The notes: generated by a model not told the origin, from the letters alone. DNA of 64,000 nt from Paraspadella gotoi (GCA_051294375.1 JBJCIZ010000239.1:2555476-2619475), one strand, 5' to 3'. Positions 47,513-60,705 are shown, numbered from the stretch's first letter. Translations and numbers: made by a program.

Positions 47513-50500
47513 ATGTCGGAAGCAGATCATCAAAGCGGAGGGGACCCTGTTCCGACGGAGGAGGCCTACCTCCTGCCCTCTGTGCCCTCCGCTCCTCAAG
47601 ACACGCCAGGAGTTTCGCCTCTGGCTCTTTTGGCGGCGACGTGTTCCAAGATCGGTCCCGCCACGGACCCCGCTTCTTCGCAGCTGTCAGCCGTTTCCGC
47701 CATTCCTGCCGTCCCGTTGCAGTCCATCCCCGAAGTTACCGTCGGGTCAGCACTGGCGTTACCGGCGTTGCAGGAAGTCTCTTCGCTTACATCGGCAGTC
47801 GCGGCGACGAAAGATGTCTCCCTAATCGGTGGTTACCAAGTCGTGTCCGCCGCGACTCTTCCCACTCACGTCATGGTTCCCGTTTCTTTGGCGACGCCAT
47901 CCTCCAACGGCCCGCCTCCAATAATGGCGGCTTCGTCGTCGGCGGCTTTGACCAGTGGCCTCCTCTCATCTCGTCTTCAGATAGTTCGACCGGAGGAGAC
48001 CCTCTGCGCCGGCTCCCCGATCGTTGCTTCGTCGCCGCAACCCGTCGCCACGCGACCCGTGATCGAAACTCGCGTCGAAGGCTCCAATCTCCTGGCGAGT
48101 CTGCCTAACTCCGCCGCTTCGCCCAAAATATCTTCGTGCGTCATCCCCAACCAGCAGGGGCAGCTCGTTATTCTACCTATGCAGTCTTTTACCCAGCAGA
48201 GTTTACAACAAAAACAAAGCGATAAAAACTCAGTGGAGGTCGACGTCACTAAGTCGGCGACGGCTGAAGTCGTCAAATCCGCGAGAAGCAAAGTTACTAA
48301 ATTTACTACGCATCTGCCTCCTTTGCGACCAAAGACGCTTAAAGATCAGGTGGACAAGATTAGTGTTGGATACGCTTTAATTACTTTAATACGACTATCT
48401 GCACTTTTTAAGGAACCTCCACTGGTGCAAGACGCTCATCAGCTGGCCAAGTCATTGAATTTAACTCCGGCGCAGATGGATACCATTACGAAACTTGTAC
48501 AACTTAATGCTCCGAGCCAAAGCGTTGCCGACACGGGTGTTCCGACCACAGCTGTTCCCGCGGCGGAGATCCCCGCCCCTGCCACGCTATCTACCGATGG
48601 ATTTGTTACCGATAACGCGCCTAAAAGCATAGTGGTCAGACTAGTAGGCTCTTGTATTTTTATTGGGCACTATTAATTGCTATTCTTTTCCTTTTTAGGT
48701 AAACGGCTTAGTCTACAGTCTAAATCCTGGTCAATCAACATCTTCTTCGGTGGCCGAGGTCAACCTCCCGCCGTCTGTCCCTTTTAAAAGACAAATGGTG
48801 GTTCCGTCTAAACCGGAAGTTCCCACGATTCAATACGTCATCAACGGGGAGACTCCGATAGCCGTCGCCCCCTCCGCCAACCCATCAACTTCTCCGTTTC
48901 CGGGGTGGACCGTCATTGGTACGGTCACCGAATTGAACCAAGGCGTTCCCAGCGTGAGGGATGATCAGATTTTGGAGAGACGAATGACGTTGGAGAACGT
49001 CGTCGGAATAAAGTGAGTTGGTTTCGTTTTGTTTTGCGGTTTTACTTGTCGTATTTTGTTTTATAAATTATAATTTATTAACATGAACGTAGAAAACTCT
49101 ACATTAGTTGTTCGTATTGAAATGAGCATTTAAAATTTATATTTGACTCTTTGATCACAGAGAAGAAACATCGCTTTTGGAATCTGCCGTCGTGGAGGCA
49201 CTGGCAAGAGTAGACGGAGACGCATCCCTTCCGCGTTCTCGAGGCGCAATTTTAAGTTCCGGAACTCGTCCTTACGTCATTAATGAGAGACACGGCGTCA
49301 CGCAACAAATTGTTATCGACCCGGAGTCAATAACTAAAGTCATAGAAGACGCTTCCAATCAGGAAACTCCGAGAGCTGCCCTCGGCTCCGCACTGGCTTC
49401 TTTGAATTGGCGGGTACGAGATTACGGAGATCCGGTCAGAATTTTTTGAAATCATTCTTTTAAATTTGTCTTTTTCCTTTTTTTTTTAAGGTGAAGAAGC
49501 AACGTCGCGTTGCTTGCACCTGTCCCAATTGTAAGAAGGGAGACAAAGCGGATTATCGTCGCGGCCGAAAGGTTCATATTTGCCACGTTCCTGGCTGCAA
49601 GAAAGAATACAGCAAAACCTCTCACTTGAGGGCTCATTTACGAGGACACACGGGAGACAAACCATTTGTTTGCAATTGGCTTTTTTGCAAGGCGAGGTAA
49701 TCGTAATAAATAACAAAAACATATCGCGTTCTAATTATATTAGTATTTATTTATTAATTATTTATTCAGCTTCGCTCGTTCCGATGAACTTCTGCGGCAC
49801 AAAAGAACTCATTGTGGAGAGAAACGTTACGAGTGTCCCGGTAACTAAGTTTACTTTTTACTTTTTACTTTAACTTTGATTATTATTGTTTATTACCCAG
49901 AGTGTCGCAAAAGATTCATTCGTTCCGATCATTTGGCAAAACACATCAAGACTCACCTTCAAAACGAACCTAAGAAAAACCAGTCGCGCAAAATGGGGTC
50001 CAACTACAGAATATTGTCCCCTAATTTGCGAGAAGACAACGCCACATCGTCTGTTGTAACATCTTCCAATCAGGTTTAGATTTCAATATAAAGACGACGG
50101 CTTCAGTTATTTGACTTCTCAAAAAAAAAAATTTAATACGAGCTTTTGGTTTGTCGGTTAATAACCGACGGTTATGTTTATCAGTTTATCCTGTCTGTAA
50201 TATAACATGGTTAATTTCACTAATACTATAATTATTACTTGGTGGAAGGGTCATATAATTTTATTTTATTATAATATAATATTTTGTAAATAAGGATTAA
50301 TACTAATTTGCTTTGCCTTGCTAGGTTTCTGACGCGGGAATTATTACTGGTGAAGTGGTTCCCGTCCAAGTCGAAGCCGATCGAAGTCCGTACGAAGAAG
50401 ACGACTCTCCCGATCTTGAAGAGGATGAGGAAGAAGAGGAAGGGATCGAGGACGAGGTCTTCGAACCCAACGACGGCGTCGACAACGACGAAAGAGAAGC

Positions 50501-50513
50501 TGCAGCCCTTTGA
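47513..50513 (+). CDS. Sp1-4 family transcription factor, about 8 exons
   Basis: Sp box [14 protein letters not shown], Buttonhead box [10 protein letters not shown], three C2H2 fingers ([34 protein letters not shown]), acidic last exon ending at TGA 50511-50513. Confidence 0.9.
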
Positions 50514-51463
50514 AGAACTCCTTCGACTGCAGTCAATGCATCCCTTATTTCCTTGACCTTAATCCCTCAGCACTAATGAACTAAAAAAAAAAAAACAAAA
50601 AAAACTATAGCACACACATCCCTGTTTTAGAAAAGTATGGTTTTCTACATGATTTATTTTTGTCCTCGGATTGTGTTACGTGTAATTCTTTTTTTTAAAT
50701 TTAGATGTATTCTACTATTTAATTTGACAGAGTATGTTTGGATTTGTTTTTTGAATGAACTTCATGGTGTGCTTGTTTTCAAGATTGTCTTTACTACCGT
50801 CTAGTCATTTTGCACAATGTAGTAATTGCTCGTTGTACCGAATTTTTTCCCCATCTACTATGACTAAATCTACATAATCATATCCTCAATAAATTCAACA
50901 TTAGTGGAAAAAGTAAAGACTAGAAAGAGCACATGTTGAAAAAGAAGCTGAAATTGTTGTAAATGGTGTTGCGACTTTCGAACATAATTTTGAAATATAA
51001 TTTTGGCGTTTTCGAAAGTTTCAAGAACCTCGCAAGAATTCAGAATAAAAAAAAATTATAAAGCAAATTTGAGACACAAAAAGCAAATTAAACAAAGCAA
51101 TGATTAAAGTCCAAGTCCCTGTCGCCCATGAGTCCGAACGATGACTGATGAAAGATGGCGCCAAAATATAATTACATGGGTGGATTTTTATTTGACTTTA
51201 TCTACTATCTATCATAATAACATATTGTATCATCAAGAGTTTAATGTATTAAACGCTCGGTCGCTGATGATATTTTAGTTAATAAATTATTTTCAGCTTT
51301 ATTAAAGTATCTTTTTGTTGACCAAAAAAAAAATGCTTTGCTCATTCCACTATATGGGGAGATTTTTCGTTTTAGAATATGTAATGTATACTCATTAATT
51401 TATTGTAATCGTAATCCGCGTAATTCATGCTAATATTTTGACTCTTAAGTCAAGAGCGATGTT

Positions 51464-53910
51464 ATGGGGGAAAGTCTCAAGGCGATCGGCCAGGCGGGGG
51501 AAGAGGCCATTCGAGCCCTGGCTTCGGGTTTGCGCGAGAATTATCCCATCGAATCCTTTCTCCGAAAGTTGGCTCAGGTTCGCGTCTTTCGTTCCGCTGT
51601 GGGAGACGGCAGAGGCTGAGGAGGGAGAAGTAGGTTTTTAAACTAAACTTTTTTTTCTCTCAGGCCGCTAACAAGCACGAAGAAATAGACATCGTCGAAG
51701 CCGAGATCGCGGTCGTCGAATCCCGCCTCAAGTCGCTCCAAAAACTCTCTACTTCCGAAAAGCGAGCGATGCTTCTCAAGATGATCCACTCGAAGATCGC
51801 GCACCCCGCGGCAAATTATGAAAAGGCCAAAATCTTAGCCCTTGACCTGACGCAATCCACCGACGTACGGGACAAGCGGATGGGATATCTCGCTGCTTTG
51901 ACCCTTTTTTCTCGCGACGACGATTTCGGCCTTCTCTGCGTCAGTTCCGTTCAACGAGATTTGAAGGCACCCGGCGTGCCAGAAATCTCTCTCGCTCTCA
52001 TCGCGGCCCCAGCGTTAATTCCTCCCGACGCCGTCGTTTCCGTTTGGCCGCTCGTCGAACACAGATGTCGTCACCCGGATTTCCGAGTTCGGCGTCGCGC
52101 CCTCGCTTGCTCGTTCGCGCTGGCGAAAGGAGGAAAAACTCGGGAGGATCAGGGTATGCGTGATGCCGTCTTTGACATCCTCTACGAAGCGACCTGCGAC
52201 AAATCCTTTCACGTCGTCGCGACCGCCCTCAAACTTGTCGTCAATGCGGTGGAGGAAGACCCGTTATGGTGGCTCGTTAAAGGCCTCGCTGACGTCGTTA
52301 CCCACGTTCAAAGTCTCGTCGTCCAACGGAAAATACCTCGAGACGTGGAATACGCCGGAATTCCAGCGCCGGAAGTCCAAGTCAACGCTTTACGCATCAT
52401 GACCTCGTTGGCTCGCGCGGAACGCCCCCTCGTCTCTCGTTTCCTTCCGATAATAAAGGACACGATGGAGCGGTGCGAGGTCAATCACCGAATGACCTAC
52501 GCGATCATTTTCGAGTGCGTCGTCGCCGTCGGCCGGATGTTGACTCTCGAGAACGAAGTGGTGGAGTCTAGAGTCAAACGGGGCATGATCGAAGCGGCCG
52601 TCGGATGCACGGCTAAATTTCTCAATTCTCCCGTGGTCGATATACAATATATGGGGTTGAAAGCCTTAAACATCTTGGTCTCTGTCGAACCGAAAAGCGT
52701 GCTCAAATTTCAGCAACAGATAGTTTCCTTTCTCTCGTCCGATGACCTTTCGCTTTGTCGAGAAGCCATCGCCGTTCTGGACCAATCCTCTAATCCTCAA
52801 AACGCCAAGGCAATCCTCAGTAAAATAGTGGAAAAACTCAAAGCGACCGAAGATAAGACTTTTCGTCGGTTTTTGGTCCAAGCGGTAATGAGGGTCTCTT
52901 CTCTGGTGAGCGTCGACAAAATGTGGTATTTAGACGCTATGTATTATCTCTGCAAAATTGCCCACGAGAGTTTGACCAAAAAAGACGTTAATGGAATGGT
53001 CGACGTCATGCTCGACGATCCGAAAATCTACTTTGAAATTTCATCTCTAGTCATCGAAAAGATCTTCCGCAATTTGGCCTCGAAAAATTCTTATTCCAGG
53101 ACGCCATTTTACTTCGCCTTCTCCCTTTTGATTAGACTCCACGACGAGGTCGACCCTGTCGGCTTTTCGTTGAAATTTCTCGTCGATCCGCTCGAAACCT
53201 TCGTTCATCTTCCCGACGTCGTCGTCGCCATGGTCGAGCACGACTGTTTAACTCATTATTTGTTACTCCTGCACAGACTTGTTCTCAATTCCAAGGCCAC
53301 GGAAAATCTCGACAATGTGGTCCGCATTTTGGATTTCGTCGAGGCCGGTACGAAGGACGATCCGCACCCTCTCGTGGCCGAGTTGCGAAAGACCCTCGAA
53401 GAGCCGGACGAGCTTCCGCAACCGACGATGAAGGTGGAAGAGTTTTGGAAGGCGTTGGAGGATTTTGCTGCGATGGCGGCGAAGAACGGAGATCCTCCCC
53501 ACATCCCCCGAGAAGAACGAGAGAAGAAATTGAAAGAGGAAAATACTTTTTCGCGAAAAAAAATTGTGGAAGCCGTCGCGGAAAACCGCCCCGGCGCGGC
53601 GGAAAGGGCGTCTGCGGCGGAAGCAGCTTCTGCAGCGGAAGCGGCGACGACTCCTTTAAGGGACACTAGTTGGGAAGAAGAGATCCTGGCTTCTCGTCTC
53701 TTCCAGGGAGTGGGCGATGATGAAGAGATTGACCAGAGCTTTAGTTCGTTGACGTCGGCTCGCCACGAGGGCACTAACGACTCTATCTTTGAAACGTTCG
53801 AGGAAACGGTCGACGGAGATTATTTGGTTTTCGGCAGCAAATTCAAAAATTCCATTGAAAACGATAATAGTTTGACTGGAACGCATTCCGAAGATTCTCT
53901 GGACGATTGA
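51464..53910 (+). CDS. AP4E1: Adaptor protein complex large subunit, AP-4 epsilon-like (exons about 51464-51577, 51664-53910)
   Basis: NKHEEIDIV, KRMGYLA, SVQRDL, EYAGIPAPEVQV, YAIIFECV, QYMGLKAL adaptin-N trunk motifs. Confidence 0.75.
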
Positions 53911-54049
53911 AAAAAAAAAGATTTATCTCTGATTTTATAACGAGAGGGGTTTTTGCGCTTGTTTTAAAATTTGTTACTCGTTGATCTATTTATCATTTAG
54001 GCTTTTATAGTAATCTAAAAAAAAACACAAACTCTGATTAGTGATAAAC

Positions 54050-55164
54050 ATGGACAAAAGACGAAACGATCCTGGCGATCATCGGTAAGTTTCGTGATTT
54101 ATGAAATTGGTACAACCAATATAAAAAGTATCCATTCATTTAATAAATAAGCTATCTTGCCCCTGACTTTGGTCAGGCTTTGGAGGCCTCCATCACTCTT
54201 ACAAGATAATGACAAAGCAGGTCCCTGCAAGCTTTCAATCATGACTCTTTTATGTGGAAATCACCTTAACCAGAGTCGCTTGGTCATCTTTTCTTCTGTA
54301 AGAGATGATTATTTAATATGATCTTAAATGAGATTGAATCTATCAATCTCATTTACATATTGCAGTATTGAATCTAAATGTGTCTAATCATGTGTCTAAT
54401 CATCTCTTACACTTCTTTTTTTTTTCATAGGCGAAAATGGGACCGGGAGGAGTACGAAAGGATGGCCGTGATGCGCATCGAGATGGAACAGCGAAAAGGA
54501 GATGTGGACGATTACAAAGAACCAGCGCCGCAGCGCGAGATGCTCAAAGCCAGAGATTACAGAGTACGCGAGTGTAAGAGATGATTATTATCATCTAAGT
54601 TATTATCCATCGTAATCGTTAGACTTGTAATTTCGTCGCAGGTTGATCTCGAGGGAAAATTGGGAAAGAGCGTCGTCGTGACTAAAACGACGCCGAATTC
54701 CGAAAGCGGCGGATATTATTGCAACGTCTGCGATTGCGTCGTCAAAGATTCCATCAATTTCTTGGATCACATCAACGGCAAGAAGCATCAAAGGTTTGGA
54801 CACGATCGTTGAGGATTGAGGGATTCATTCGGACTCCTTTTATCTGTCCTCTTCACGTTACAGAAACATGGGCATGTCCATGAAGGTCGAGAGATCGACG
54901 TTGGATCAAGTGAAGAAAAGATTCGAACTGAAAAAGAAAGAGTTGGAGAAGAAGAGAAAGGAATACGACCTCGAGGAGCGAATGAAGGAGATCAAGGAAG
55001 AGGAAGAGAAGATGAAGGCTTATCGAAGGGAAAAGAGAAAAAACAAAAAGCGAAAGGCCGACGGGGATTTTGACGATGACGAGGAAGCCGGGGGCAGCGC
55101 CGATCCCGACATGGCCTCCATGATGGGCTTTGGCGGCTTCGGGACTTCCTCCAAGAAAAAGTGA
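54050..55164 (+). CDS. ZMAT2: Zinc finger matrin-type 2 (Snu23), 4 exons
   Basis: DHR|[13 protein letters not shown]|[63 protein letters not shown]. Confidence 0.95.
54297..54411. repeat. 115-bp element with 15-bp terminal inverted repeats in ZMAT2 intron 1 (possible MITE)
   Basis: TGTAAGAGATGATTA ... TAATCATCTCTTACA, flanked by CTTC on both sides. Contains an internal perfect hairpin taaatgagattga/tcaatctcattta. Confidence 0.6.
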
Positions 55165-55367
55165 CGAGGAAAAATTGAAATGTATACTGTGTAGTAATTT
55201 TGTATGTATTGTATTTTTATGTTGACTTATTATTTCTTGTCTTACAGCTATTTAAGCATATAGAATGCCAGACTGCTTATGAATTTTCGATAATCAGGCC
55301 GTGGATAAAAAGATATTGAGTTAAAACCAGAAGATTTTTCCTGAAGTAATTCTCAGTCGACCTCGAA

Positions 55368-55968
55368 ATGGCCGATCGAATAACCCAACTTCAAGACGCT
55401 GTTAATCAACAAGCGGATAATATGTGTAATAGCATCGGTGTTATCCAACAATTCGCCAAACCGTCGCCCATCCAAATAGCCGGGGTAGTCAAACCTGCAA
55501 TCATCAGTCCTCAAGGTTTGAAATGTTAATAAATTATTCTTGCAGTATTTACTATTTACTTTATTCAAATACTTATAACGCAAAACCCTGTCATCGATTT
55601 AGCTGTTGGCTACGCTTGGTTTTCATTTGCCGCATTCTTTTTTCACAGGCTCCTCCGCAGCTCACGACTACCCCGTACTATTCGCCCAGTTGATCGCCCG
55701 GACAGCCAAGGACATCGACGTGCTGATCGACTCGTTGCCCTCGGAAGATTCCTCCCCCGAACTTCAGGTGGCCGCATTGCGAAGACTCGAAACAGAGAAT
55801 CAGGAGGCGGCTCGGCAGTTGGAAGAGACCGTCGCCAAAGGGGAGGTGTTGCTCGAAAAGATTCAAAAGGTTTTGAACGAAGTCGCCGATTGTCAGCTCA
55901 AGAGTCAACGCTTGCAACATTTGAAAGCGATGGGGGATTCTCGTGCTTTCGACGACATTCCCCGTTGA
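55368..55968 (+). CDS. MED21: Mediator subunit 21, 2 exons
   Basis: [14 protein letters not shown]...NSIGVIQQ; [22 protein letters not shown]. Confidence 0.95.
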
Positions 55969-56075
55969 TTTTTGATGTTTCATTTTTTGATATTTTTATT
56001 GTTATTCTTTTAATTATGAGCCGCATTAGTACATTCTCTTTTGTTTCATTCCAAAGAATTAAATTAAATCAAGAA

Positions 56076-58164
56076 ATGGCATCTACTGTTTCTGTGTTGT
56101 GCCCCAATGGACATCGGGTCACCGTGAAAGTCACCCCGACATCCAGCATCCTCTATGTGATCGAAGAGGCTTGCAGAAAGAAAGGATTTAATGCCAACGA
56201 ATTCGACATCAAAAGGTGCAGTTTTATTCGAAGTCCAAGAATTAAATTAAATTGTATTTTAACTACTTTTATAGAAATGTAATTCTTATTTTACTAGTCA
56301 ATCATACTTCAAACGTTAAATTTATAATAATATTTTTCTTCCGTTACAAAAATGTCCTGTTTTTTTTCTCAGCGAAGCGGGTAAGACGCTCCTCGATGCC
56401 TCTCTACAAATCCGCTACGCTAATATCCCCAACAACGCAAAACTCGAACTAGTCGCAGCTTCGACGCAGCGCCGCTGCGCCGACGCCAAAGTCTCCATCA
56501 CTCTGCAGCTGCCGGACGGCGCCCGCCTCAAACCCATCGACTTTAGCACCGACGCCACCTTGTGGTCGATCGTGGAGAAGTTCGAGGAACAAGAAGGCAA
56601 CTCATTGTCGGGATCCGCCGACACTGAGGAGCCCGTCCTCGTTTACCTGCGCGATCAGGTCGGCGGCGTTTCCGCGCTCAAACGCACCACCCTGAAATCC
56701 GTCGGACTTATTTCCGGCCGCGGACTCTTGCGTCTTTTGTATCGACCCAAGAGCGAAGATTCGAAGGAAGCGGCCGTCCAAGATGAACGGCCCTCAATCG
56801 CGGACGAGGATCCCTTGGCCGGGATGAAATTGAGCGACGATCATCTCAAGATGATATCCTCGATCAGCCAAGGTTACGCAGAATACCAACGTCAAACGAA
56901 TCTCTCTCGCGACGAAGCGGGCTCGAATAAAGACGGCGCCGTCGCGGGTCCCTCGCCTTTCGCCTTTCCGGGACCCGGCCGGGACTTCTTACCCTCGGCC
57001 CCTCCCGCCGTCTCGAAACCGCCTCCGCCGACGATGGTGCCCGTCGCCGTTCTTTTTCCTCAGCAGCCAGACTTTTCAAACTTCCGGTTTCCCTCGAATC
57101 TTTCGTCGGAGATTGAAGAAAACGAAGCACCGTCTTTGCCCGACCCATCCACGGAGCCCTGCGACAGGGAACGGAAAGTCTTTTATTTGGACGCTCTCCA
57201 GGTTTTTTCTTAGTACCACCGAGAAAGGTTCAACTTTCTCTAAGCTTACTTTTTTTTGTTTAAAATTCACAGACATAGTGTCACATTCTCGTCTCGTTGC
57301 GATTAATAATATATTAAAAACATAAATAATACGTATTACAAGACTTTTTTATCACAGTCTCCTTCGGACGAAGCCTCTATGGATGTCGACGGCGACGAAT
57401 CTTTTTTCGATGTCACCATCGAAGACTTGAGGTCACGAATGCACGACTTGAAGAAGGCGACGGCCGATGAGCCGCCTCTGCTCACCCAAGCGATGCGCGA
57501 AAGATGGGAAGAAGCCAAGTACGCTAATTATCACCGCGCGCTCGTCAGAGTTCACTTTCCGGACAGACTAGTTTTGCAGGTGAGAAATTTTTTTCTTTAA
57601 ACAGAAAGAGTATGTTTAGTTATTTATTACATTTAAACCAGGGAATGTTCCGATTGAAAGAGTCGGTCGCTTCTCTTTACGATTTTGTGTCTGAGAATCT
57701 TGAGAATCCTTCGCTGCCGTATTCGCTTTTTCTCACGCCTCCACGGAAAGACCTCAACGACAAGAGCCTGACCATGATAAAGGCCGGGCTAGCACCGGCG
57801 GCCAATGTTCATTTCTCGTCAAAAGGCGGCGCCGCCAACGGGTTGTCCGCCAAGTGCGTCGAAAGCGCCGTCTCGTCCGATCAAGTATCAGAGTGAGTAA
57901 TTTGTTTTCAATAATAATTTTTTTTCAATAGTGTATTTTTTTACTTTTTTTCTCAGTTCTCTTGGCAAAATCTGCCACTCTGGTCGTCCAGTCAATCACA
58001 ACAAACCAAACTCCTCTGCCCCCAATCGGTCCGCCGTGGATCTCGACCAACCGCCCGCCAAAAGACCGACCGTCGACGATAAAGACAAATCTTCGGGGAA
58101 CTCCGCCGCCAAATCTTCTGGAGGCGTAGTTCCCAAGTGGTTTCCCGTTAAAAAACACAAATGA
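56076..58164 (+). CDS. ASPSCR1: Tether containing UBX domain for GLUT4 (TUG/ASPL), 5 exons
   Basis: STVSVLCPNGHRVTVKVTP ubiquitin-like N-terminus, RYANIPNNAKLEL, FFDVTIEDLR, VRVHFPDRLVLQG UBX, C-terminal VPKWF. Confidence 0.9.
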
Positions 58165-58298
58165 TCATTGCTGTGATTTTTATAGTGATATTGGGCTTTT
58201 TATTTAAAGAGATTTGAAACTATTGTTTCTTTCGGCTGACGTTTATTTTTTATTATTTAGGATGCGATAATTGTTGTCCTAGTAAATCCTAATCATTG

Positions 58299-60252
58299 AT
58301 GTTTGGACGATACGTCCTAAAGTTGGGGCGAGCGTTAACGAAAGCGACGCGAAAGACCAGCGTTAGATTTAATCAAAAAGCCAGAATGACGACCGAAAGT
58401 TCCAGCGGCGAACCCCTGGCGGGACTAATCATTATCGGAGACGAAATACTCAGCGGTCAAACTCGAGTAAAGCCAATAAATCCTAAGCTAAGACGTAATC
58501 GTTGAACCGAATAAGTTAAAATAAAAAAAAAATAAATAAATAAAAGTCCATTCGCAGGACACGAATTCGCATTTCATGTGCAAACGTCTCTACGATCTCG
58601 GGGTCCGCGTCGCCCGCATCTCCGTCATCCCCGACGAGTTGGAGACGATCGCCAGCGAGGTCCGTCGCTTTTCCGATTCCTACAATCACGTGATCACCTC
58701 GGGCGGAATCGGACCCACTCACGACGACCTCACTTTTCAAGGTTACCTAGCAGTTTTCGGTTAAGATTAATTAATTAATTAGTCGAACGAATTTTTAATC
58801 ATTCGACTCTTCATAAGGGATCGCCAAAGCTTTCGGGCACGAATGCCATCATCACCCGGAATTGTTGGCGTTGATCAAGAAATGGGTCAAATCCAACGAC
58901 GAGTCGCAGCCTCACTTCAAAATGGCCTTCGTCTCCAAAGAGGCGACGCTCAAGTTCGGACTCGATCCAAAATCTGGGGAGAAAACCAATTTCCCCATCG
59001 TTTGCCTCAAAAACGTCTACGCCTTTCCCGGTCCGCGAAATTGTTTTCCACGAAACGATTCTTCATCGCTTTAAAGTTTGACCGACCTAATTTCCCCCGT
59101 CAAAAGGCGTGCCGCATCTTCTCGAACACGCTTTTCCTTTGGTGGAAAAGGACCTCTTCGAAACTGGCGCCAACCCAACCTTTCACAAGCGCTTGGTTTA
59201 TCTAAACGCGCGAGAGACGATGGTCACTTCCGTTCTTTACGCCTTCAACGAAGCCTACGCCTCGAAAGGACTTCGTCTAGGATCCTACCCGGACTCTTTG
59301 CATAGTTATTACAAGGTAATTGTAATTATCACGGACTAATGATGAAGCGATATAATTTTGCTGTCCTCATTGCCCTGTCCAAGGTTAAGTTGACTCTGGA
59401 ATCCATGAATTCGGGTCTCTTGGAACAAGGTTATTCCCAGCTCATCTCCGACCTAAGAGACCACGTCGTTGATTTCGACGCGGATCCATCCGAGCATTTC
59501 TCAGAAAAGCTCGACAAGTTCGTGGAGAAACACGGAAAAACTCAGTTCGGGGCGAAATTGAATCAAACTATAAAGACGATTGAAGAATGTCTGGATCGAT
59601 ATTCCATGGACGAAATTTGCCTCGCTTTCAACGGCGGCAAGGATTGCACTGTTTTGTTATATTTGCTCGGAGGCATCGTCAAGAAACGCTTTCCCGATCG
59701 GGAGGCATTCAAAGCCCTTTACATCAAAAGGGGAAAAACCTTTCCCGAAGTCGAAACTTTCGTCTCGAAAATGGCCGAGGAGCATCGCTTGCAGCTGCTG
59801 ACCGTTACCGGGGGCTTCAAAGACAGGTTTAAGCCCAGATTTTCAATTTTCAATTCATTTCTATGGATATAACCAAAGTTTCTCGCCGCAGCCTGACGAG
59901 GGTCAAGGAGGACCATCCTGAGCTGAAGGCCATTTTGATGGGAACTCGACAAACGGACCCGTATTCTAGTCACTTAAACGCTTTCTCTCCGACGGACGAA
60001 GAATGGCCCTCGTTCATGAGGGTCAATCCCATTCTTTCCTGGAGTTTCACCGACGTTTGGACCTTCATTCGATCTCTCTACCTTCCCTACTGCCCCTTGT
60101 ACGATCGCGGCTACACCTCCTTGGGTCTGGCCGACAACACGTTCCCTTGTCCCAAGTTGGAATTCGTTAACGAATTTGGACAAAGAGATTTTTTACCAGC
60201 TTATAAGCTCAAGTGCGACGATGGGGAGAGGGAAGGGAGAATGTCCCTTTGA
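58299..60252 (+). CDS. FLAD1: FAD synthase (molybdopterin-binding plus PAPS-reductase domains), 6 exons
   Basis: AGLIIIGDEILSGQT, TSGGIGPTHDDLT, FPGVP, AFNGGKDCTVLL, MGTRQTDP, MRVNPILSW, YCPLYDRGYTSLG. Confidence 0.95.
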
Positions 60253-60705
60253 TATAGTGATTACTTACACTCGGATTAAAAATCGAAGGTTTCGGGTTTA
60301 ATTTCTTCGCCTATGCCCTCGGAAATTTTTGGTTGCTGATACTAGCCACTAATACTATCTTGTTCTTTTAAAGAATTTTTGAATGTTTATCGATCTGTGA
60401 TCTTTTGGTGAAAATTAGGTTGATTTTTAGCCTAATGTTTTTGTTTTTGTACCTTCCAGGTTTTATGAATAATTAGAGAAGAGATTAAAAAGTTAATTTG
60501 CCCATCGTGCAGTGATTTTTGATTCATTTATTCATTCATTCCTTTATTCACTCATTCATCAAAAATAATGAACCGAGTTTGATTCTTTACTATAAAATTT
60601 TTTTCAGATTCACGTTATAACCAATTGAATTAATAATTTCAACTCTAGAAATGTGTTCCTGACTTTACGAGGCTGAATGGGATCCAAAAACCAAACGTTG
60701 GAATA

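Noticed and set aside
51098-51150. C/D box snoRNA (ATGATTA...CTGA)
   Set aside because: Only about 50 nt between the boxes, an imperfect C box, and no recognisable guide sequence.
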